Below are positions 24,051-33,568 of a DNA stretch of 64,000 bases, piece after piece (within the stretch, counting starts at the first letter, position 1; every line of letters begins with the position of its first letter). A program made the position numbers and the translations under genes. This DNA comes from Schizochytrium sp. TIO01 (taxonomy: Eukaryota; Protista; Bigyra: Labyrinthulomycetes): the NCBI GenBank assembly GCA_004764695.1, contig SMSO01000037.1:534747-598746 (forward strand), given 5' to 3'. The notes beneath the pieces were generated by a model, which saw only the letters and a program-made list of their open reading frames with translations, was not told the DNA's origin and did no database searches.

Positions 24051-26642
24051 ATGGCGAGAGGTGGTGGACTTCCGCGACGCGGTGGCCGTGGAGGTCATGG
24101 AGCTTCCTCGGCGCGAGGCCGCGGCCGTGGTGGATTTAGCAGCCAGAGAGGCTCGGGAGGACGTTTTAGGGGGCAGCATCGAGGCTCGGGAAGACCTGTG
24201 AACCGAGATCAAGGATCCAGGCCTACCTTTTCAGGCGCTGCTGCAAGTCTAAATAAGCAAATTCTGGCATGCGCTCGAGATAGAAATGCCTTGCAACAGG
24301 AGATTTCAAGCAATGTGGCAAAGTACAATGTTGTGAACTGCGTTACAGCGCTTCAAGGAGTCACCCGATGTGGTGGATGTGGACAAGATGTACTGCAGAG
24401 ACTTTTAGAGAAGACCACTGAGTGCTTCGAGAACCCAGATGGTGCTTGCGAATCGCGACATGTGAGCACAGCAATTTGGGCTGTGGCAAAGCTTGGTGGA
24501 GATGTCACACCGTCCACAAAGGCGCTCCTTGATGCTGCTATTCGATGTGGAGGAGAGCACTTTACACCAGACCAATTTCACAGCTCGGAGGTCTCTTTGT
24601 CGATTTGGGGTCTTGGTAAACTTCACTACACAACGCCAGAGGCATGCGCGTTGGCAACGATTCTCATTGGTACTTTGGAGTCTCGACAGCTTAAGCTCGC
24701 TCCTCAGGGTTTTGGAAGCTTTTTGCATGGTCTTGGTAACCTTGCAACAGTGCTGGGAGAGCTTGAGCTTACACACACGCTGGATCGCCTTCACGCAGCC
24801 CGCCTATTTCTGAACCCTCAAGAGCTTGCGAATTCCCTCGCTGGGCTTTCGAAAGTAAAACTGGCCAATGTACCTGAGGCCGAGTGGTTTGAAGGGTTTA
24901 AGCGTGCTTTCGCTCAAAACTCGTCAACCTTTTTCCCTCAACACGTAGCAAATCTTGTTTCTGCTATTGCTCGCCTTCACGAGCAGGCGGGTCATGGTGT
25001 TTTGGACCTATTTGATGCACTAGGCGAGCCGCTATTGCGCGTACTTCCACAAATGAATACTCAAGAGCTCTCGATGACTGTATGGGCTTTATCAGTCGTC
25101 GTTTCACCCACAGATAGCCGTCTTGACCAATACCTACCAGTAATTCTCGATCGTGCGTCAACCTTGTACAAGCGCCTGGATGCACAGTCAATGTCAACAA
25201 TTGCCTTAGGGCTTGCCAAACTTGATCGTCCCGAGTTTGTGCATAAAATTGATCTTGCAACTGTTTCAGGAATTCCGCGCTGGAAAGCCCCGGATGTTGA
25301 CAGTCTTGCTGTTGCGTTTGCAAAAGTTGATCGTAATGACGAGGATGCTGCAACAATTCTCCTCTCTCTTGGTGATCAAGTATCAGACCAAATGCCTGTA
25401 CGGAATGTGGCCAATATTACTTGGGGTCTCGCAAAGTGCACCCGGGAAGCTTCGCAGCACAAAAAGTCAGAGTTACACAATTTTCTCCGGAAGATGTCGG
25501 CCTTGGCAACTGAACAGCTTGACGCTTTTAATGCCCGGGACTTGTCAAACTTCGCCTGGGCTCTCGCTACACTAGGGTTTCATGACTCAACATTTATGCA
25601 ATCCCTTGGCGATGTTGCATCTTCCAAACTTACAAACTTCAATGCACAAGAGTGCAGTAAGCTTCTCTTTGCACTCAACAAGAACGGAGTGCGTCACGAA
25701 GGTCTAGAAAAGGCTGCTTCTACATCGCGCATTCAGGAATTTGCTTTCCCCAAGGCTAGCTTTGATGTTTCAATTGAGCATATTCCTGCAGGTGGACGCA
25801 TGCTTCAGCAAAAGCGCGAGGCAACAGGCGCAACTGGAGCCACTGGCGGAGCAATTTGGGAAAGCAGCTATGTCCTCTCTGAATGGCTCTCGCGATTTGC
25901 TACAGGGGAGCCTACGAAAGCCCTGCAGCAGATCTTAGGCAATAAAAGGGCTGAGATGTTCTCTTCAATTGTCAACCCACAAACTACAGTCGTAGAACTT
26001 GGTTCAGGGATGGGTTTGTGCTCCATAACGGTTGCTAAGCTTGGTGCTCGCGTAATCGCAACTGATGGTGATGATCAGGTCCTCAAACTGTTGAACTCAA
26101 ATATTAGGTTGAATCAAGTTAGTAACGCCTCTGCGTCTCCTCTCGAATGGTCCTGTGAGGACCCCTTGCAAGCTCTTGGACTGAAACAACCGGTTGATTT
26201 TATTGTCGCAACCGGCGTTGTTTATGGACGCGATCTGCAGGTGTGGGAGAACCTTGTTGAGATCCTTCGCAAGATTTCTCACTCTCGTACTTTGATTCTT
26301 CTTGGCCACGGAAATGGCGCCGCTCCTGGTGTGCATCAGCTCAAGGGTGACTTTTACCGGTTCGCCAAGGAATACTTCGATTGCTTCGCTCTACCAGCCT
26401 CCCAAACGCATCGCGATCACCGTGGCTGTGCGATCCATGTTTTGACCAAAAAGACAGTTAAGCGGGAGCTTGATGAGGAGTCCACCTCGAGTCCGCATGA
26501 GGAATCCTCTACACCTAAGAGATCCAAGACAAACGAAGCATCGAAACGTGTGACTGCAAATGTTGTGTCTGATGGAACTCCAGGAAAGTCAGAAAGGAAG
26601 AATAAAAACAAGAACAAGAACAAGAAAGAAAAAAACAAATGA
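24051..26642 (+). CDS. RGG-rich N-terminus + OPR/HPR(FASTK)-like helical repeats + METTL21/Methyltransf_16-type SAM-dependent methyltransferase + Lys-rich tail
   Basis: Repeat starts spaced about 35-40 aa: SRHVSTAIWAVAKL, SSEVSLSIWGLGKL, PQELANSLAGLSK, PQHVANLVSAIARL, TQELSMTVWALS, VRNVANITWGLAK, ARDLSNFAWALATLG, AQECSKLLFAL. MTase motifs: TGGAIWESSYVLSEWL, VVELGSGMGL, VIATDG, LEW, DFIVATGVVY. Confidence 0.85.
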   Translation: MARGGGLPRRGGRGGHGASSARGRGRGGFSSQRGSGGRFRGQHRGSGRPVNRDQGSRPTFSGAAASLNKQILACARDRNALQQEISSNVAKYNVVNCVTALQGVTRCGGCGQDVLQRLLEKTTECFENPDGACESRHVSTAIWAVAKLGGDVTPSTKALLDAAIRCGGEHFTPDQFHSSEVSLSIWGLGKLHYTTPEACALATILIGTLESRQLKLAPQGFGSFLHGLGNLATVLGELELTHTLDRLHAARLFLNPQELANSLAGLSKVKLANVPEAEWFEGFKRAFAQNSSTFFPQHVANLVSAIARLHEQAGHGVLDLFDALGEPLLRVLPQMNTQELSMTVWALSVVVSPTDSRLDQYLPVILDRASTLYKRLDAQSMSTIALGLAKLDRPEFVHKIDLATVSGIPRWKAPDVDSLAVAFAKVDRNDEDAATILLSLGDQVSDQMPVRNVANITWGLAKCTREASQHKKSELHNFLRKMSALATEQLDAFNARDLSNFAWALATLGFHDSTFMQSLGDVASSKLTNFNAQECSKLLFALNKNGVRHEGLEKAASTSRIQEFAFPKASFDVSIEHIPAGGRMLQQKREATGATGATGGAIWESSYVLSEWLSRFATGEPTKALQQILGNKRAEMFSSIVNPQTTVVELGSGMGLCSITVAKLGARVIATDGDDQVLKLLNSNIRLNQVSNASASPLEWSCEDPLQALGLKQPVDFIVATGVVYGRDLQVWENLVEILRKISHSRTLILLGHGNGAAPGVHQLKGDFYRFAKEYFDCFALPASQTHRDHRGCAIHVLTKKTVKRELDEESTSSPHEESSTPKRSKTNEASKRVTANVVSDGTPGKSERKNKNKNKNKKEKNK

Positions 26643-26949
26643 AGTAGCAACTAAAATTGCGTATGATTTATGAACCTGACTCTGACACGGCTAAACATGT
26701 TATGAATGACCAAGCTACAGTCATGCTACTTTTCTTCCTAAAGCTGCCAGCCACCCAATGCTGCATAACTGGCTCAAGCTAAGTCCATAAAACGAAAATT
26801 AAATGCAAATAAACTTCTTCTTCTTCTTTTTTACATACAAATTCGTAGAGTTTTGACACGGCTGTTCTATCCACATAATGGCTCCCAGTTTATTGAATAG
26901 GAAAAGATCAAATCTTTCTGATTGAGAGCCACCTCCCTTCTCTGTTGAG

Positions 26950-27753
26950 TCATGCTTGGACGTTGTGCAAATGGAAATTTCGCATAAGTATATCTACATT
27001 GATCAAAACTTTGCCAGCACTAGTGGTTGAAAGTCTGCACCGATCACTCCATGCTTTTCTAAAAAGAAGATCAATGTCACGCAACTGCGGTGTAACCCCA
27101 AGAAAGTTTGCGGCAATCTCCTCCTTCAAGGTGCCTACAGGCCTCCACGTGGTCACCTCAATTTCGTGCGAGCCCGAGGCACATGGGATATGAGCAAAGC
27201 CGTATCCACGGAGATTCACCTGTCCAAATTCATCCATTTGCCACACCTGGATAAGGATTCGAGGCCAACCTTGAATGCCTTTGCTGAGAAAGTGCACGTC
27301 GATTGGATGAGACCAGACTACAGAGTCTCCATCTACGGGGTAGTCGATTTGTGTTTGCCCTTCAACGAAGCCACTGAGTGGTTCCCACATGGGCCCAAAG
27401 TCAAGCTGCCAGCGGCAGCAAACACCTGAGCCAAAATCAATGCCTCCATCGATTTCCCCAATAATGTGAAGTTCGGGCTCATTAACTGCAACCTGGCGTT
27501 CCTTATTTCTAATTCGATCCCTCATCGCGCTGACCTTATCAGCATTTGCGCTCATCTTGGTTGATATGCCCTCGGATGCGTCACGCTGACCACGGTCATT
27601 CTCCATCCGCCCTTGATTTTCATCATCACTTCCGCCATCATTGGTTCGTCGAAGACGATCCGAGGTGAACTCCCTAAGCCTCCGGGTCTGGCGTTGCTGC
27701 TTAGAAGACTCTGATCTCTCTCGTCGAGCTGCGTTACTCTCTCCATCGCTCAT
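26950..27753 (-). CDS. B9D2: B9 domain protein 2 (ciliary transition zone, MKS module) with a charged N-terminal extension
   Basis: ELHIIGEI...CCRW...GQTQID...WSHPIDVHF..KGIQGWPRI..QVW..DEFG...GYGF.HIP...G.H.I...TWRP. First ATG at 27753; the true start may be downstream. Confidence 0.92.
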   Translation of the reverse strand: MSDGESNAARRERSESSKQQRQTRRLREFTSDRLRRTNDGGSDDENQGRMENDRGQRDASEGISTKMSANADKVSAMRDRIRNKERQVAVNEPELHIIGEIDGGIDFGSGVCCRWQLDFGPMWEPLSGFVEGQTQIDYPVDGDSVVWSHPIDVHFLSKGIQGWPRILIQVWQMDEFGQVNLRGYGFAHIPCASGSHEIEVTTWRPVGTLKEEIAANFLGVTPQLRDIDLLFRKAWSDRCRLSTTSAGKVLINVDILMRNFHLHNVQA

Positions 27754-28668
27754 TATAGCAGTCCAGCGTGCTCTTGCCTGAGCAGCTCGCGTTGCCAAGA
27801 AATTAGTCCGAAAGCCACTTGTATTTGGAGTTTTGCTATGTACTCTGCTTGCCTCAACTAGCTCGAGTCTTATATGATTGGTTAGAAACAGCCACGAGTT
27901 GTATTTCTACCCACCTTTAGCGTCTATCCCAATTTATAAAAACTACGTATTGCACAAAGTCGTCTTTAATCAACATTTTACCGTTACACCACTTTTTCAA
28001 GTTTAGAAGCAAAAATAAATGACTTTTAAAAAATATAAATTATAATAGTTTTTTTTGACTTCATTATTTAAAAAGAGAAACATCTAAAGCTTTTCTTAAT
28101 ATTAACTGATCAAAACTGATTAGAATAGCAGGGCTTGTCAGACTGCTCCATCATAAACAAACAGAAGATATAACCTAACTTGGATCACCATGAGCTCATA
28201 ATGGTTACTAAGCTCGTCATAAGGAAACTTATATAGCATTTCTCTATAAATACTATTTTCAAGCAACTTGAAGGTTCACAACTTGACCCATTTTTATGAG
28301 TTAAAACTTTAACTTGGGCTTCGGTCTGGTAAATCTGGGAGAAAAGTTGAGGAAGGCATCGGCCAAAGGACATGCTAGCATACGGGTAGGTGTTTATGAG
28401 CAACGAAACAAGGATATTATTACAAAATTAGTTTTAATTATAAAAAGATGGCGATAATAGTAAGCGGCCTGCAATGATGGTGTTCTAGGAGAATAATTAG
28501 GAGCACTGCAAAACAAAAACCATCATCTTCGATCGCAAGATACTTGCCATTCCGAAAGCGGTGCCTGCGTCGCACGAGGATATTTAAGCTGTCTCGTGCA
28601 AGGCAACGTGGTGCGCGACTAATATTTATCACAGGATAGGTATCCAAACCATCAATCTGTGATACACG

Positions 28669-30297
28669 ATGTCAGACGAAGAGACACCGAAGTCGGCTCT
28701 GGCCGAAAATGGCGTAGACGCTACGGCAAGCGAGGTCCACGGCAATGAAACAAATGTTCGGGAAACATCCAAAGATGCGAAAGAACACTCCTCTAACGCG
28801 AATGACTCGGTAAAGGAAGGCAGCATGGTGAAAGAGCCACAACATGTTGCTGAAAAAAATGCCACCGAAGAGGTGGAGACAAACTCGCAGAAAATCCTCC
28901 AAAATCAGGCACCCAAAAGCCATGGCCATGAAGCAATTGTTGAACCTGCGAATGGTCACCCAGCAAGTGCTTCGAAAAAGGAGACGGTGCCATACTTGAA
29001 GAAACTACTTTCGGTTGCGAAGAGGTCAATCGATGATCTAAAGCGGAAGCTGCAGCAGAAGGACGATAGTATTGCGGAGTATAAGAGGCAAAGTGAGACT
29101 CTCCAAGAGCAGCTTGAACGTGTTAAAGATCTTACTAGACGTGCCCAACGTAGAATTGAGGAGCTGGAGGGAAAACTTGAGGACTTTCAAGGAGAATCAC
29201 AAGAACCAGGATGCCCTATTGCGACTCGTCTTCGAGTAAAAGATGAAGCTGCCAATATCGTGTGGTGTCTAGTTGAAACGTCACCGGGCGTGACGGAATG
29301 GGTTGAGGAAGAAGAGGTTTATGATCGAGTCGGAACAACCAGTACACCATTTCCTATGCCATCTCTCTCACTAACTGTGGACGAGTCCTCGACCCTTGCA
29401 ATGAAAGAGGCTCAGGTGACTCAAGAACTCGAGGAGCTTCGTGACAAATTCCGTAAATATAAAATGAAGGCAGAAATGAATTTGAAACGCAAGGATGCTG
29501 AGGTGACGCGTCTATCGGAAAATAACCTCAAGTACAAGCAACATAATATTACTGGTCATGACTATTACTCACAATTGGAATACTCACGGCGCGAGATTGA
29601 GAAATTATCAAAGGCTCTTGACGAATCTGCTGCCGAAGCTGCAGCTTTGCGAAAGCGCAATCAAGATCTTGACCGTAAGCTTCGGGACGTAGATGCAGAT
29701 CAGCAAGCGTTACTGAAGCGAATTCAATACCTTGAGAATGTCGATGCGAACGGAGAGGCTGGAGAACATCGTGGCCGAAGAGTCTCCCGGTCCAACTCAA
29801 GTGGAGTATTTGAAGTAGAAACTGGAAGCAGTAAGCATCATGCTGGAGGTCGGCGAAACTCTGAACTCACAGCAGAAAACAATGCATTGTTAGAGAAACA
29901 TTATAATCTACTGGAGCAACATGCGAAATTGCGAGATGAGTACGATAAATTTCGTGAACACGCCCGAGCCCTGCTTGAGAGTAAAACTTCACAAGATAAC
30001 CATGGAAATGACGCAAATGGATCACACTTGTCGTCTCCTGCCTTGTCCCCTGCTTCATCTTCCGTAATTGAGCAGGCTGCAGCAGCAACTCAAGCGGCGA
30101 CAGAGCGAGAGTATATCAAGAATATTTTCATTAAGTACCTCTGTGCTGGTGAGGGTCCTGAGAAAGAGACTATTGAAGCTGCGCTGGCAACGGCTCTTCG
30201 GTTTAGTCCTGACCAGGTCAAAATGGTGCAAGACCAGAAGTCACATGCGGCGTTAGCTCATGCTGCAACAAGTGGTTTTAGCCGTCTTTTTTTTTGA
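28669..30297 (+). CDS. Coiled-coil golgin with C-terminal GRIP domain
   Basis: Extended heptad coiled coils; C-terminal EYIKNIFIKYL...IEAALATALRFSPDQ fits the GRIP consensus. Confidence 0.8.
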   Translation: MSDEETPKSALAENGVDATASEVHGNETNVRETSKDAKEHSSNANDSVKEGSMVKEPQHVAEKNATEEVETNSQKILQNQAPKSHGHEAIVEPANGHPASASKKETVPYLKKLLSVAKRSIDDLKRKLQQKDDSIAEYKRQSETLQEQLERVKDLTRRAQRRIEELEGKLEDFQGESQEPGCPIATRLRVKDEAANIVWCLVETSPGVTEWVEEEEVYDRVGTTSTPFPMPSLSLTVDESSTLAMKEAQVTQELEELRDKFRKYKMKAEMNLKRKDAEVTRLSENNLKYKQHNITGHDYYSQLEYSRREIEKLSKALDESAAEAAALRKRNQDLDRKLRDVDADQQALLKRIQYLENVDANGEAGEHRGRRVSRSNSSGVFEVETGSSKHHAGGRRNSELTAENNALLEKHYNLLEQHAKLRDEYDKFREHARALLESKTSQDNHGNDANGSHLSSPALSPASSSVIEQAAAATQAATEREYIKNIFIKYLCAGEGPEKETIEAALATALRFSPDQVKMVQDQKSHAALAHAATSGFSRLFF

Positions 30298-30327
30298 CCT
30301 CCAGTTCTGGACTTTTCTCATTCTTAA

Positions 30328-33213
30328 TTAACCTGTAGCAAAACATCTGACATGCCCATCGTAACTTGCAGTAGCAAGGTATGGCAGTATGGGGTGGAAG
30401 GATACATCTGAGACGGTGTCTCGGTGTGGTTTCCAGTTTCGTGCAAGAACTGCTCCTGTGCGCACATCATAAATATAGCATGAGTTGTCTTCAGAGCCGG
30501 TTGCAACATAACGCATACATGGGCTGATACTAACACCTAGCATCTGTACCCGATTTTGATGACCTTGCAGCTTTTGGATTGCATTACGTTGCCGAAGATC
30601 CCACAACAGCAATGTTCCGCCTTCAGAAGTTGAGCTTGTGACAAACATATCAAAGGCTCCAGGCGGGTGGGCCCCATGGAGAGCATGTGTTGGCAGGGCA
30701 ATTGTGTGAGCAGCACGGTCCGCAAGGTGTGCAAATAATAATTGCTTCTCCATAGCAACGTCAATTATTACAAGGCTTCCGTCTGAACGACTTGTAAAAG
30801 CCAAATGCGAGTGAAAGGCATTAATGGCTGCTAGACTTAAGATTGACTTGGCAGATTTTTTGCAGTCCCATGATGCTACAAGCTCCTGATTAGCTGAACC
30901 TTGCCCAGCTTCAAGAACTGCTTTTTGCTTGTTTTTAACCCGCTGCGTATTAACGTCTTTGGAAGGCGCAATTGACCGCTCATCGATCTCGTATCGATGC
31001 ATGCGAACCTCGGACCCTGCGGTTAGAAGAACAAACTCATCAACGTAGTAAAACATGGCCTGGTTTACCTCTCTTATTTGCTGGCCTATTGATGGATGAG
31101 TTATAGATGACCTGCCTGGAGTGTGTGACAATGAGCTCGGGGTAGCGGAGGTAGACGAAGAAAATACAGCCACCGGGTGTGCAACTCCAGCTGACCATAT
31201 CCTTGCAGTACCATCAGCACCTCCTGTAAGTAGGAGCGGGCGATCGGGCATATTCGGAGCGCGAATTAAATTATTCAAATAACTGAAGTCAATCGAATGT
31301 ACTTTACCCTGATGCCCCATGAAACTTGCTCCATCTCCTTTGAATTTGCTTAGTGGAAGTCTAATTGCGCGCGCCGCACCATCATTACCACATGTGGCTA
31401 GCATGCTACCATCTAACGAATATTTGACTTTGGTGACCGCTCCTTGATGCATGAGTTTTTGATGAACATCATCGGGCAGGGGAAGAGGACGATCAATAAC
31501 GGGACAATCGCATGGATAGGAAGGGATCTCCTTAGCTCGAGCCCGTAAAACTTCTGAAACGCCCCTGGATACTTTTGAACGTTTTTCCTGAGCTGTTGTA
31601 CGGAAAAGCGAGCGTACTTGCGGTGGTGTGCCGTAACCAGAGGAGCGTATCTTTTTGTGAAAGGTTACTGGCTTGTCTAGTACTTGATTTCCACTTGAGT
31701 TTGTCCGACGACTGGAAGAGCCACTTGATTTGCTTGTTTGAGATTGCTTGACTGCATGGATCTTGGATCTTGACTTGCAGCGCAATGCTGACTTCTCAGG
31801 AGGATCACTGCTTGGAAAGACGCTGAGCTCAGCATCCTCATCATTAAAAGATGATATCGAACGTTCATCCTCATCGTCCTCAGCCCGGTTAATCCGGGCG
31901 CAAGATGCCTTTCCACCTGTACATGACTCTTGACGAGAGAGTACAGAGTCTTTCTGGACCGTGAGGCTCTTGTGTGCCAACTTTCGTTGCGCGGATTTAA
32001 TTCTCTGGAATATGGGATCTCGGTGCACCAAAATATCACTACCAAAGCAAGACAACGATACTAGCCAGCCGAGACTCCAGATAGGAAATCTTCCAGTAGC
32101 GACATCTTCATAGAACGGATAGTCATAGACTACCTGTTGATTAACTGCATCGAAAAACCACCCAACGGGACGCAAAACTAAAGCTTATGAAATCATGATT
32201 CCATTCAACATTCAAAGTACTAGCTTGTATATCAAATTGGCTCTCATCATGGGTGCAATATAAATTCCCTTCATAGTACTTCTCCATAGTGCTTGGCCTC
32301 ATCTCTACGAGTACAAAGGCTCCAGACTCGCCACTCATACAAAATGCCCCATCCCATACCCCAAGTGATATTGGAATACTGGAGTCTGAGAATGGGTTAT
32401 TGATGCGACATAAGACTCGCCCAAGTTGACAATCCCACAAATAGCATATACCATCTTCACTCGCGAAAATGACTGATACCAACGCGGAGGCTCCAGGCAG
32501 AGACGTAAATTGGGCGTCTGCAATTAACTCTTTTGCATCGTCACATGTAAGCCATGTGGGTTTAGTGTCACAAGCACAAAGTGTCTGGATCTGTGTGTCG
32601 ATGCAGATGGCCACGTGCCCCCCTGGGAAACACCTTAATTTGCTAGCCGCCACAAAGGAATTCGAAGCTTTCTTTTCGTAGAAATGAGTCCATTGCCCTT
32701 GGTTGTTTGCCCGCCAACCTTGGAGAGCCTCCTCAGAAAGTGTCCAGATCTCCTTTCCACAAAAAGTGATGCTTAAAAGCAGGCAACGATGACCTCGAAA
32801 AGTAAATACATCTGTTGGTGGATATTCCTCAACCTCGTCAAGGTTCGAGGAGTCCACCTCTGCATCATTGGTGTCACAGTCCCATACTGTGATGCTTGTT
32901 GCATTGGCAGAGGCAGCTGCAACGGTTCTGAAAACCACGATAAATCACACCAAAAATGAGTTCATGTTGATGAACAAGCATCGGAAACTTACCCAATGGG
33001 GTGTCGCGACAAGTGTTGTGACACGCAATGTCACACGAGCAGCATAAATTTCACAGATTTCAATCAAATAAGGAAAGACGTTAGCTTCCGAAACTTTTCC
33101 CGTGACCTCGCCCATCACGAAGCCTTGTTTCCTTTCTCCCTAATAACTTACCTGTATCCACACACAATTGTCGACACCACCTGTGGCCCTCCGCTCAGCC
33201 TTGGTGAGCCCAT
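30328..33213 (-). CDS. WDR27: WD40-repeat protein, WDR27-like; exon 1 33152..33213, intron 32928..33151, +1 frameshift at about 32153-32157
   Basis: ATG at 33213 gives MGSPRLSGGPQVVSTIVCGY, with a phase-2 GT..AG intron joining to RTVAAASAN. C-terminal propeller: PVTFHKKIRSSGY, AMFYYVDEFVLL, AINAFHSHL, LWDLR..GHQNR, SPCMRYVATGSED..YIYDVR, HRDTVSDVSFHP. Confidence 0.8.
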
Positions 33214-33568
33214 CTCTTTCGAGGGTGCTCAAGAAAGGTTTTGATTATTGTTTTATAGCTTGTTCTACAATTTCGCTTTTCGTCACCGGAAACTTTGTTA
33301 TAGTCCATTTACAAGATATAATCGCCTGTATAATCGCCTATAGTAAATGTTTGCATAAAGTAGGTTATTATATCCTTAAGTGAGATATTTAAAGCACAAG
33401 AGGAATATAGCTCAACTACGGCCTAATGAAAATAAAAAAAATCATGTGACTAAACCATCAAATTCTCAACCACGGGTGGCACCTTGAGGCGTCTCAAGGT
33501 AGCGCTCCGGGCGACACAACAAGGAAAAAACCTGAGTGCATAAACACTGCACTGTGAAAGGCTGCGAT

